The position numbers were made by a program, and so were the translations under genes. A stretch of 64,000 nucleotides of DNA, from contig CAWDOL010000015.1 in the NCBI GenBank assembly GCA_963803915.1, positions 140,013-204,012 of the forward strand. The letters are read 5' to 3'. The stretch comes from Candidatus Aminicenantes bacterium. Its GTDB lineage: Bacteria; Acidobacteriota; Aminicenantia; Aminicenantales; UBA4085. Shown one piece after another: positions 1-9,031 of the stretch. Each line of letters begins with the position of its first letter. The first letter of the stretch is position 1. The notes beneath the pieces are model-generated. The model had not been told where the DNA came from, made no database searches, and worked only from the letters and a program-made list of their open reading frames with translations.

Positions 1-474
1 GGCATCTGGCCGACCCAGGGCGGCGTCTGGGTGAAGTACGCCAAGGATAACGGTTGGGGGCTTCTTTCTTCGTCGGCGGATTGGATCGCCACGGGGAAAA
101 TGCGAACCGCAGCCGGGAATACATGGCCGGCCGGACTCCACGAATCGTCCCATCCATTGGGGCGGCCGGCGGCTTGGTTCAATAATCTTTCCCAACCTTT
201 CGGAAAGGCTCCGGCTGTGGCGCCGGAACGGCCCCAGCCGTTCGGTCCCCTTTCCAACGGTCCTCCGAACAAATCAACGGCTGCCGGCCCCGCTCCCATC
301 GGATCTTCAAAGGGCCCCGGCTCGACCGGATTCGTCTTCGATAGACAACCGAATCTCGATCCGAATCACGGAGATTCATTCCTCGCGCCGCGGAATCGTC
401 TTCCCTCTCCGGGCGAACCCGGATTCCGGTGTCCGGCGGAGAAAAACCTGATTCCTCGAATGGAAAAAAAATAA
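1..474 (+). CDS. FG-GAP/VCBS-like repeat protein, C-terminal fragment (5' end outside window)
   Basis: Frame 1 is open from nt 1 (GIWPTQGGVWVKYAKDNGWG..SADWIATGKMR). The repeat unit matches the adjacent 840-aa protein. Stop TAA 472-474. Shares that protein's bipartite C-terminal tail. Confidence 0.55.
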   Translation, partial: GIWPTQGGVWVKYAKDNGWGLLSSSADWIATGKMRTAAGNTWPAGLHESSHPLGRPAAWFNNLSQPFGKAPAVAPERPQPFGPLSNGPPNKSTAAGPAPIGSSKGPGSTGFVFDRQPNLDPNHGDSFLAPRNRLPSPGEPGFRCPAEKNLIPRMEKK

Positions 475-522
475 AAGAGCAAGCCCGGTTTCCGGAGCAT
501 CCTATAGGGAAAATATTTCCCG

Positions 523-556
523 TTCGGCCGGGGGACCGGGAATATGCCCGGCCGGA
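523..556. terminator. GC-rich hairpin between convergent genes (candidate bidirectional terminator)
   Basis: CGGCCGGG (525-532) pairs perfectly with CCCGGCCG (547-554) around a 14-nt loop. It lies between the stops at 474 (+) and 612 (-). No clean U-tract. Confidence 0.25.
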
Positions 557-611
557 ATCGGGCCAACATCATAAAAAGCACCGCTGGGGGGCAGGGGTGA
601 TCGCCGGAATC

Positions 612-3134
612 CTAATTGATGCGTTCAGGGGATAAATTTTTCTGCGACTTGAACATGAAGCCCGATTCTCCAGGCCCCGGAAGGCGTCGAACCCGAGAGC
701 GAGGCTCGCCGGCGACCAGGTTTCCTTCCGTTTGGAAGCGGAATCCGCTCCCTCCGGGTCCTTCAGACGAGAGATCCATGTAGACCCCGCCTATGCCGGC
801 CGGGGGGATGGTTCCGCCTAAAGGAGCATCGAGTATCCGAGCATTCCAAAACCCTTGGCTCCAAGCGCCGCCCGCCATTCTGCCGACGGCGATGTCCCTT
901 GCCGTCGAGCCGATGTAAGCCCACGTCTGGCTGCGCGAGTATTTCACCCAAATGCCCGCCTGCCCCGGCCAGAGGCCGATCAGGTCGTCGAAGCCGTCAT
1001 TGTCCAGATCCCCGGCCGTGATCCGGCCGGCCGGAGAGGCCATTTTCACCCACTCGCCGGAAATCGAGTCGTTATAGAAAACCCCTTGGCCGGCCCACGT
1101 TCCCAGAAAATCGACGCGGCCGTCGCCGTTCATGTCGCCGGCGGCGATGTCCGAGGCCGCGGAACCGAGATAGCTCCAAGTCCCGGCTTTGGAAAGCTTC
1201 GTCCAGACGCCCGCCTGACTCGGCCAAACACCGACGAGGTCGTCCTTCCCGTCGCCGTCCAGGTCTCCGGCCGCGAGCAGATCGGCCGGCGTAGCCATAA
1301 GAACCCAGCTTCCGCTTACCGAGTCTTTGTAATAGACCCCCTGCCCGTCCCAGGTGCCGAGAAAATCGACGCGGCGGTCGCCGTTCATGTCTCCGGCCGC
1401 GACCCGGCGGGCCGCGTTCGATAGAAAAGCCCAAGCACCGTCGGCCGAGTTTCTGACCCAGACTCCGTTCTGTCCTCCCCAAATTCCGATGAGATCATCC
1501 TGGCCGTCCCCACCGAGGTCGCCGCAGACGATGAGATCGGCGGGGGAGGCCAGGGCGGTCCAGGCGCCGGTTTCGGAGCTCCGGGCATAGACTCCCTGCC
1601 CGTCCCAGGTGCCGACGAGATCCTTTTTCCCGGAGGAAAGTATCTTCTCGACCGCCGATGGGGCATGGATCCGACCCCAGCCGTAGACATTATTGGGGAC
1701 GGCGGAAGCTTCATCGCCGCCGCAGCCTTGGCTTGTTGTTTTCGGGACGGCCGTCCGGGTCATGGCGTATTCCAGGCCGGCGACGTTACCCGCCATGGCG
1801 GGATGGGCGGACAACATCAGCGCGGCCAACCCGGCCGCGTGAGGCCCGGCCATGCTCGTCCCGCTCATGGATTGATATCCGCCGTCGGGGATGGAGGACC
1901 GGATGGCCACTCCCGGCGCCGAGACGTCGGGCTTCATCCGGCCGCTGCCGTCAAGGGTCACCGGACCGCGGCTGCTGAAACCGGCGACGGAATCGGACGA
2001 ATCCGTGGCAGCGACCGTGAAGGACTCCTCGTAAATCCCCGCGGGCGCGTTGATCGTGCCGCAGGCAGGGCCGCTGTTTCCGGCCGAGTGGACGGTCAGG
2101 ATCCCGGCGGCGCGAACGTTTGCGACGACTGTCAGCAAAATGTCGGGGTCCGTGCAGCCCTCGCTCGGCGGGCAGCTCCAGGAATTGTTGATGATGTCGG
2201 GGGCCAGGGCGGGATCCGGGTTTTGGCCGTCGAGGTTGGTGGGCGCGATGAACCACTGGTAGCACTCGCTGTACGTGGCCGGCGTGCCCAGGCCGGATTT
2301 CATGTTGCGGCAGCCGATCCATTTCGATCCGGGCGCCACACCGACCGCGTTGGCCGCTCCCGCCGGCCAGCTCGGCTGGCTCGGCGCCAGGTCGTTGCCG
2401 GCGATGGTGCCCATGGTGTGGGTTCCGTGCCCGTGGTCGTCGTAAGGCTCCTTGAGGTCCCCGCCGGCGCCATGGACGGCGTCGTGCCAGCTGTAATTGT
2501 GGTCGACGGACGCTCCGTTCCAGCCGCGATACTGATTGATCAGTGCGGGATGGTCCCAGTCATAGCCCGTGTCCTGGCCGCCGACAACGACGCCTTGTCC
2601 ACGATATCCGCTCGTCCAGACCTGGGGCGCTCCGATCTTGTTGATGTTCCATTCGATGGCCGAGGGGGCCTGATCCAAAGGCATGTCGGCGGAGGGGGGC
2701 GGCGCGGGGAGGCTGATTCGCGGGTTCGCCGAGACGCGTGCGATATCCATACGCTCGGCCATCTTCTCGATGATGGGAAGATCGCCCCTGACCCAGATCA
2801 TGTTGGCCACCCAGAAGGGCTTGAATTCCGCCCCCAGCGCTTCCAGCTCCGCGATCACCGGAGGCTGAGTGGCGGCCGCGATCGCCGTCAGCTCCTGATA
2901 GACGAACGCGCCCTTGGCCGCTTTGGACGAGAGCCGGCCCGCGGGCTCCAGATCGGCTTGGACGGTAAGGAAGAGCAGAAACTCCGTCTTCGCCCCGCCC
3001 TCGGCAGTGCGGATGACCCAGCGATCGACCTTGGGCGCCCAGTCCGGAGACTGCGTTCGTCCGTCACCATGGCCTCCGACTCCGAATAAAACAACCGGGC
3101 CTAACCACAATGCATGGACGATCTTCAGTTTCAT
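612..3134 (-). CDS. Secreted subtilisin-like serine protease (peptidase S8) with C-terminal FG-GAP/VCBS-like repeats
   Basis: 840-aa ORF with a hydrophobic N-terminus. Catalytic motifs VVVGGQDTGYD (Asp), HGHGTHTMGTIAG (His) and SGTSMAGPHAAG (Ser). The C-terminal half has five GD(L/M)xGDG..D(L/F)(I/L/V)G.W repeats. Confidence 0.9.
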   Translation of the reverse strand: MKLKIVHALWLGPVVLFGVGGHGDGRTQSPDWAPKVDRWVIRTAEGGAKTEFLLFLTVQADLEPAGRLSSKAAKGAFVYQELTAIAAATQPPVIAELEALGAEFKPFWVANMIWVRGDLPIIEKMAERMDIARVSANPRISLPAPPPSADMPLDQAPSAIEWNINKIGAPQVWTSGYRGQGVVVGGQDTGYDWDHPALINQYRGWNGASVDHNYSWHDAVHGAGGDLKEPYDDHGHGTHTMGTIAGNDLAPSQPSWPAGAANAVGVAPGSKWIGCRNMKSGLGTPATYSECYQWFIAPTNLDGQNPDPALAPDIINNSWSCPPSEGCTDPDILLTVVANVRAAGILTVHSAGNSGPACGTINAPAGIYEESFTVAATDSSDSVAGFSSRGPVTLDGSGRMKPDVSAPGVAIRSSIPDGGYQSMSGTSMAGPHAAGLAALMLSAHPAMAGNVAGLEYAMTRTAVPKTTSQGCGGDEASAVPNNVYGWGRIHAPSAVEKILSSGKKDLVGTWDGQGVYARSSETGAWTALASPADLIVCGDLGGDGQDDLIGIWGGQNGVWVRNSADGAWAFLSNAARRVAAGDMNGDRRVDFLGTWDGQGVYYKDSVSGSWVLMATPADLLAAGDLDGDGKDDLVGVWPSQAGVWTKLSKAGTWSYLGSAASDIAAGDMNGDGRVDFLGTWAGQGVFYNDSISGEWVKMASPAGRITAGDLDNDGFDDLIGLWPGQAGIWVKYSRSQTWAYIGSTARDIAVGRMAGGAWSQGFWNARILDAPLGGTIPPAGIGGVYMDLSSEGPGGSGFRFQTEGNLVAGEPRSRVRRLPGPGESGFMFKSQKNLSPERIN

Positions 3135-3246
3135 GGCTTCAAATGCTCCCGCGCGCTTCTACATTTTGGTCGTCGGCCTGCTCGGCATGATCAGCTTCAT
3201 CGCGGTGGTCATGATCCTGATCACCGGCAAGACTTGACCCTCCGGT

Positions 3247-5335
3247 TCATCGCAGAGATACGTCGGCAGTACTCGTCCCGCCCTTCTGGGACGAGACGAC
3301 GATTTTAATGGGCGAGTCGCCTTCGACGACGGCCAGCCAGCGCAGCTCGCGCATCGGGCCGGCCGAGGCCGGCTTGGCTTCGGACCCGGCCGGCTCTTTG
3401 TAACCGGGAATGGGCATCGAACCCTCCAGAACACCCAGCCGGGCCGGAGATCCGCCCGACACGATGCGGAAATTGGCGCCCCCCGCCGTCAGCCAGGCTA
3501 AATCCTCCCGGTTTCCGGGGATCGATACGCCTTGGGCAAGATGCGTGGCCAAGGCGCCGCGGTTCTCGATTCGGGCTCTCACTTCGATAGCCCTGAACCG
3601 CCCCTCCGCCCCGGGCTGCCCGACACCGGCCAAGCTTTCCGCCGTCCATCCGGCAGCCGTTTTGGGATCGTCGGTGGCGCCGATGACGCGGGCCTTGGCT
3701 TCGGCCACGACGACATCGGGCAGCAGCCCGGCCCGGAACAGCTCGAACTTCCCGTGCGTCTCGCAAACGTAAGTCAGTGGCTCGCCCGGCCAGGCATTGT
3801 TCTGGTAGAGCGGGATCCAGCCCCCGATCTCGCCCGGCCCCAGCTCCGGATGGACGAAAGGCCGCCAGGGGATGAATAATTTCCCGCCGTACTTGGCGTC
3901 CTGCCAGGCCAGGAGAGCCCTTTGCTGGGTCAGGCCGGTCGGGTCGGGCGCGAGAGCCGGGAAGCCCGGGATGTCCCGGGCCGGGTTCCAGAGCTCGGTG
4001 GTGATGGAGTAGGAGCCGTGGTGGCGGAATTCCCAGTCCGTGGACAGCCCGTAGCCGTACTGCCGGTCGCTCAGCTCGTCGTAGCTGACCCGCCAGCCCC
4101 GGGGCAGCTCGTAGCCGCGTAGGGCGGCGAGCTTGTTCTTGCCCTGGGCCAGAGCGGCCTTGGCCTGGTCGAGGCCCGATGGGTCCTTCCAGACCGCGGG
4201 GACTTCCTCGCCGATGAGCTCCAGGTACTTGCGGCCCATGATGAAGTCCATCACGGCCACGTCCTTGGGGTGATAGGCGGTATGCGGCGAGGAGCCCATC
4301 GGCCGATAAGTGAATCCGCCCGAGGTATGGTAAGTTCTGGCCCATCAGGATGTTGCGGTGGGCCAGGAAGAAGTCGCAGAAGGCCTTGACCTCCGGTGAG
4401 GAGGCCGGGAAGTCGCCCGTGCCCCCGGCCGTGCCGTCGTCCCGATACCAGCGGATGGGAAAGTTGCGGTTGATGTCGATGCCCGACTCGGGGTCCTCGC
4501 CCCGGCGGCCGTCGCCGTCGTTGTCCAGGTCCTCGCCGACCACGGTATAGGTCGGGCGCGTCGTCGTCTCCTCATTCCGCAGCCTGACCATGAGCCGCGG
4601 GTCCGTCTCATCGGCCACGAGACGACCCTTGGCGTCCTTATAGCGGAACTGGGCGATGACGCCGTCCCCGTCGAGGTCGTCGGGGCCGTCCTCGTTCGTT
4701 CGTCCGTCGCGGTCGTCGTCCCGGAGCATGCTGTTGGCGCGCTGGGAGATGCCGCGCTCCAGGCTGTTCGAGTGGCCGTCGGGGTTGACGATCGGGCAGA
4801 TGTAGAAGACCTTGCGGTCGACCAGGGCGCGGATGGCGGGATCGGATTCGCAGCCGGAGACGAGCTTGTCGATGATATACAGGCAGACCTCCGTGCCGGT
4901 GAACTCGTTGCCGTGGGTCGAGCCGCAGATCCAGTGGCCGGGCTTGGAGAGGTGGGCGGGGACGGCGGGGGAGGCCGTGACGGCCGATCCCGCCGCGGAA
5001 GGCGGGAGCGCGGGGAGAAGCGATTCGAGGCTGACGCCTGTGCCCTTGTTGGTGACGGTCAGGACGAAGATCGGCCGTCCGAAGCTGCTGCGGCCGATCT
5101 CCTCGAGCTCGGTGATCTCGGGATAAGCTGCGGCGACGTCCTGGAGATAGCGCGTCACAGCGGCCGTGGTATGGAAGCCGTCGAAGGCGATCGGGACTCG
5201 GGAAGTCGACGGTGCGGACGCGGGAATCGCAGGCACGGGGATCGCGAAAACCAGGAGAAAGGCAAGAAGGCCGGCTGGAATCAGCCGTTCCAGGCTTGAT
5301 CCCATTGGGTCCGCATGGGGCGAGAGAATCGGCAT
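3247..5335 (-). pseudogene. Zinc carboxypeptidase (peptidase M14), reading frame broken once (or assembly indel)
   Basis: Upstream part is in the 703-aa ORF frame: signal peptide, HWICGSTHGNEFTG (HxxE), NPDGH, GIDINRNFP. Downstream part is in the 350-aa ORF frame: TYHTSGGFTYRPMGSSPHT. The frames join only if one nt is removed near 4332 (coding strand AAC-T-TAC). ATG at 5335 or 5305 is more plausible than 5416. Confidence 0.8.
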
Positions 5336-5409
5336 GGGAGCGCCTCCCGTCGAGCATTCCCCCCATGGGGCTAGGGGATTTATATCCGGGAGAAATCGGT
5401 TAGTCAAAT

Positions 5410-5438
5410 TTGACAAGGGGCTTCGCCCTTTCTATATT
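5410..5438 (+). promoter_or_regulatory. Sigma70-like promoter candidate for the 5503 gene
   Basis: TTGACA (5410-5415), a 17-nt spacer, then TATATT (5433-5438), preceded by AAAT. Lies about 65 nt upstream of the ATG at 5503. Confidence 0.4.
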
Positions 5439-5502
5439 CTTGCTGGGATGGTCTACCCCGTTCCGCAACGGCGAGGGGGAGGCAAAGAAGGGAGAGTCAT
5501 CC

Positions 5503-6208
5503 ATGACCCTGAGAAGGCTCGCTCTTGTTTTTTCGCTCGTTTTCGGTATGTCCGTATCGGTCCTGGCGGGGACGCTAGCCTCTAGCCCCGCGACAGGCCA
5601 GGAGAAGGAAGACCCGCAGATCGAGGCCTTCCTGAAGAAGCCGGCGCCGCTCGCGAAGGCCGACCAGGACGAGCTGGCCCGGCTGCTCTTCCGCAAGATG
5701 GCCAATGCCGCGGACGACGTCAAGCCGGAGTTCTACGTCAAATATTACAAGCTGGCCATGGACAGATGCCCGGACACCAACAGGGCCCATGAAGCCTACT
5801 GGAGGCTGACCAATCTCTACAATCGGGCCTATGACGAGCCGAAGCATGAGGAGATCGTCAAGATCCTGGAGCAGTTCCTGGCCCGGTACAAGACCTCGAC
5901 CGTCGTGTCGATGAAGAAGTACCCGGACGAGATGCTGGTCTTTTCGCCCATCCGGAGCCTTCACCAGGCCTACGAGAGTCTAGGGCGGTATGACCAGATC
6001 GCGGCCTACTACGACAAGATCGCGGCCCAGGAAGCCGGCTTTGCGATTTACGATTTTTTCGACTATGCCGACGCCCTGGACAAGGTCGAATCGCCTCAAG
6101 GACGCCGTCGTCTGGTATGAGAAGTTCCTGAAAAAATCCGAGGGAGACGACAGCGTCGACTTCATGCGCGAAATCGCCCAGGACCGGGTCAACGAGCTGA
6201 AGAAGTAA
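5503..6208 (+). pseudogene. Secreted helical-repeat (TPR-like) protein, frame broken near 6088 (or indel error)
   Basis: Signal peptide MTLRRLALVFSLVFGMSVSVLAG. The body runs in the 5410..6120 ORF frame up to ..YADALDKV. The conserved tail NRLKDAVVWYEKFLKKSEGDDSVDFMREIAQDRVNELKK* is in the 5990..6208 frame. There is one extra nt at GTC-G-AAT. Confidence 0.5.
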
Positions 6209-7637
6209 AGAGGTCCTTCTCTTTTTTCTTCCGTTGATAGTCGGCGGCGAATTTGAGAATCGCCTCCTCGGCCCGTCCGAAAGCCGGCGGCGCCGGATAG
6301 TCCGGGCGGCTGCGATAGAGGACCGACTTGGCCCCTTCCGGTGCCTCGATTGTAATCCTGACGGGGTAATGTCTTTCCTCCGGGTTGGGGGTGCCGCAGG
6401 ATGCCGGAAGATCGAAGAAACCGGCTTCGCGAATGAGGCGGAGGAGCGCGTCGACGCCCTCCGCCGCGACGGACATGGATTCGCTCTTGCGTATGACATC
6501 ATCCGGCCCCGCGTCGGCCGAGGGGTCCTGTCCGCCCCGGGGAATGGAGCTGACAAGCTCCATTCGCCCGTCTTTGATCAGGACTCCGGTGAGTCCGGCC
6601 ATATCATAATGGATGAGGATTTTAGGCCCGGCCGCCGCCGCCTCTTGATCCAGCTTCGGCTCGACGGAGTTTCCCTTCGGATCGATATACATCCATCGGC
6701 CCTTGAGATTGACTCGGGCTAATCCCCCGATGAAGGCATCGACGAAGTCGTATTGGAGGGGAATGACTTCGGTCCCGGTCTTGTCGACGAATCCGTAGCG
6801 GCCGGAGCGGCTCACCCCCGCCAGACCCTCGTGGAACACGAAAGCGAAATCGTAGGCTGGACGGACCGCGATCGTTCCCCGGGCGTCGATATACCCGTGT
6901 TTTCCGTTATCAGCGGATTGGACAACGGCCAAGCCATTGTAAAAGCCCTGGACCTGGAGAAATTTCGGGTCCTTCCACATGAGTCGGCCGGTCCGGTCGA
7001 CGAGGTTGTCCAGGCCGTCGTGGTTGACGCGCGCCCATCCCTCATGGAACTCCTCGGCCTCCGCGAATCTCGCCGGGAAGAGGGGGGCGCCGTTTTGGGC
7101 AATGAATCCCCAAGTGCCGTCATGGGAGACCGGGGCTGCGCCTTGGCTGAAATCGCCGGCGTCTTCATAGCGGAGGGGAATGACGGGACGGCCTTTCCCG
7201 TCGAGGAAGCCCCAAAGGCCGTTCTTCTGGACGCGGCCCCGCCCCTCGTTAAACGGATAAGCCGCCTCGTATTCGGGCGGGACGGCCCACGCTCCCGCCC
7301 TGTCGACGTAGCCCATCTTGTCTTCCTGCAGCGCCGGGGCCAGCCCTTCCGAAAAGGCGTCGGTATAGTCGAACTTCGCGGGAATGAGGATATTCCCCTT
7401 GAGGTCGATGAAGCCCCACTTCCCGCCCATCTTGACCGCGGCCGCCCCTTCCGAGAAAAAGCCGGTTTCCTCGAATCGCGGCGCGATCACGATCGTCCCC
7501 CGTGCGTTCATGAAGCCCCAGCGACCTCCCCTTTCTACGGCGAAGAGGCCGCTCGTGTCTTGCAGCCGCTTGTCCACAGCCGCAGCCGGGGTCGCGGCCA
7601 GTACGATCGCCAGCCCTGCCGACAGCCATATTTTCAT
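6189..7637 (-). CDS. WG (KWG) beta-repeat protein, secreted
   Basis: 482-aa ORF with a signal peptide. It carries many copies of G(R/K)WGF(I/M/V)(D/N)..G..(V/I)IP..(F/Y)(D/E) spaced about 30-35 aa apart. Its 3' end overlaps the convergent TPR-like gene by 20 nt. Confidence 0.8.
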   Translation of the reverse strand: MKIWLSAGLAIVLAATPAAAVDKRLQDTSGLFAVERGGRWGFMNARGTIVIAPRFEETGFFSEGAAAVKMGGKWGFIDLKGNILIPAKFDYTDAFSEGLAPALQEDKMGYVDRAGAWAVPPEYEAAYPFNEGRGRVQKNGLWGFLDGKGRPVIPLRYEDAGDFSQGAAPVSHDGTWGFIAQNGAPLFPARFAEAEEFHEGWARVNHDGLDNLVDRTGRLMWKDPKFLQVQGFYNGLAVVQSADNGKHGYIDARGTIAVRPAYDFAFVFHEGLAGVSRSGRYGFVDKTGTEVIPLQYDFVDAFIGGLARVNLKGRWMYIDPKGNSVEPKLDQEAAAAGPKILIHYDMAGLTGVLIKDGRMELVSSIPRGGQDPSADAGPDDVIRKSESMSVAAEGVDALLRLIREAGFFDLPASCGTPNPEERHYPVRITIEAPEGAKSVLYRSRPDYPAPPAFGRAEEAILKFAADYQRKKKEKDLFTSSAR

Positions 7638-7674
7638 TTTGTGCCCTCCCCGGAAACCGCGTGATTCATGATTT

Positions 7675-7815
7675 TCATATGCCCCATATTATATCCCAGG
7701 AGAGGGCGGACTGGGGCGAAACATCCCCGCTCAGATCGACGCCGGTGATCTGGTCTTCCGGCGTCCGGCCTTTCTCGCGGCCGGAGATGACGGCTTTCGG
7801 CTTGATTCCATCTCT
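7675..7815 (-). pseudogene. Relic of the 3' end of an ornithine-cyclodeaminase-family gene
   Basis: Minus-strand translation ..KAVISGREKGRTPEDQITGVDLSG.. parallels ..AVIAGRAKGRTSDSQITVVDLTG.. of the OCD gene. Nt 7731-7795 align with 12353-12417. No upstream ORF. Confidence 0.5.
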
Positions 7816-7918
7816 GCGATTCTGTGGATCCGGATCATCACTTGAGGAAAAGGATGGCCCTATGCTGCTATGGGGGCCAAATGCATTTTAAAAATCGACA
7901 TTGTTCCTGTATGCTTCA

Positions 7919-8053
7919 GCCCTGGAGAAGACGAATCGCCTCCCGGAGGCCGTCGTCTGGTACGAGAAATTCTTGAAGAAGTCCGCGGGCCATGACAGCG
8001 TCGATTTCAGGCGCGAAGTCGCCTAGGACCGGATCAAGGAGCTGAAGAAGTAG
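7919..8053 (+). pseudogene. Relic copy of the 3' end of the TPR-like gene
   Basis: ALEKTNRLPEAVVWYEKFLKKSAGHDSVDFRREVA*DRIKELKK* compares with ALDKV(fs)NRLKDAVVWYEKFLKKSEGDDSVDFMREIAQDRVNELKK* at 6073-6208. In-frame TAG at 8024-8026. No start codon. Confidence 0.6.
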
Positions 8054-8075
8054 GAAGCGATAAGGAGAGGCGGCC

Positions 8076-9026
8076 ATGAGATGGATCCTGATCATTCTTT
8101 TCTCCGGCCTGATCCTGTCGGCCGGATGGTCGGCCCCGGGAGGGATGGCCTCCCGCGAACAGCCCAAAACCGGCCTTCCGGGAATCTCCGGAAATCTCGT
8201 CTTCTTTTACTATCGGGATCTGCCCGGGGCCAAGACGTTCTACGGCGATACGCTCGGCCTCCCCCTCGTCCTCGACTACGGGTATGCCGCGATCTACCGC
8301 ATCACCGAGTCCTCCTTCGTCGGACTGGTGGACGAGGCGAAAGGCATGCACAAGGCAACCGAGCCGAAGACCGTGACTCTGGCCTTCGTCACGGACGAGG
8401 TCGACGGCTGGCATGCCTACCTGACGGGCAAGGGCGTGAAGATGCACAGTCCGCTGAAGGACTCAGCTTCGATCAACGTACGCGGGTTCGTGGCCCTGGA
8501 TCCGGAGGGGTACTTCTTAGAGTTCGAGAACTTCCTCGCGGCGCCGCGCAACGTCGGGATTCGTGAGAAGCTCGATTCGCTCCGCCCGCTTTATCCGCTC
8601 GCGGGAGCCCGGCCCGCCGGCCTGGGGGTGCGGGCGACCGTCTTCTGGCTCTATTACAACGACCTCGCCCCGGCCCAGAAGTTCGTCGAAGATGTCTTCG
8701 GCGTCGACCTGCTCGTCGACCAAGGCTTCTCCAAGGTCTACCCGTGCACGGCCTCGGGCTTCCTCGGGCTGGTCGACCAAGCCCAAGGACTGCACAAGTT
8801 TTCGGAGACCAAGTCCGTCAACGTGGCCTTCCAGACGCCCCACCTCGAGGCTTGGTTCGAGCGGTTCCGGAGCCGGGGGGTTCCCATCCGGTTGCCGCTG
8901 GAGGATGCGGATGGGGCGCTCGTCCGAGCCTTTGTGGCCCTCGACCCGGCCGGATACTTCCTTGAATTCCATTGGTTCCGGCCGGATCCCAAGAACGAGG
9001 CGATCCTCAAGATCCTGGCGAAATAG
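8076..9026 (+). CDS. Tandem VOC (glyoxalase/bleomycin-resistance/dioxygenase) family protein
   Basis: 316 aa. RBS AAGGAG lies upstream. Two similar modules each end in (F/V)ALDP(E/A)GYFLEF (GNLVFFYYRDLPGAKTFYGDTLGL.. and ATVFWLYYNDLAPAQKFVEDVFGV..). Confidence 0.75.
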   Translation: MRWILIILFSGLILSAGWSAPGGMASREQPKTGLPGISGNLVFFYYRDLPGAKTFYGDTLGLPLVLDYGYAAIYRITESSFVGLVDEAKGMHKATEPKTVTLAFVTDEVDGWHAYLTGKGVKMHSPLKDSASINVRGFVALDPEGYFLEFENFLAAPRNVGIREKLDSLRPLYPLAGARPAGLGVRATVFWLYYNDLAPAQKFVEDVFGVDLLVDQGFSKVYPCTASGFLGLVDQAQGLHKFSETKSVNVAFQTPHLEAWFERFRSRGVPIRLPLEDADGALVRAFVALDPAGYFLEFHWFRPDPKNEAILKILAK

Positions 9027-9031
9027 CCCCC

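Noticed and set aside
1665-3089. Long antisense or off-frame ORFs in the ORF track. Examples: 1665..3089 (+474 aa), 15209..16270 (-), 20899..21819 (-), 28831..30195 (+), 32650..34209 (+519 aa), 38129..39466 (-), 42509..44392 (-627 aa), 45443..46615 (-), 56220..57230 (+).
   Set aside because: They overlap ORFs with clear family motifs on the other strand or frame. They are Arg/Gly/Pro/Ala-rich with no recognisable motifs, as expected for stop-poor shadow frames in high-GC DNA.
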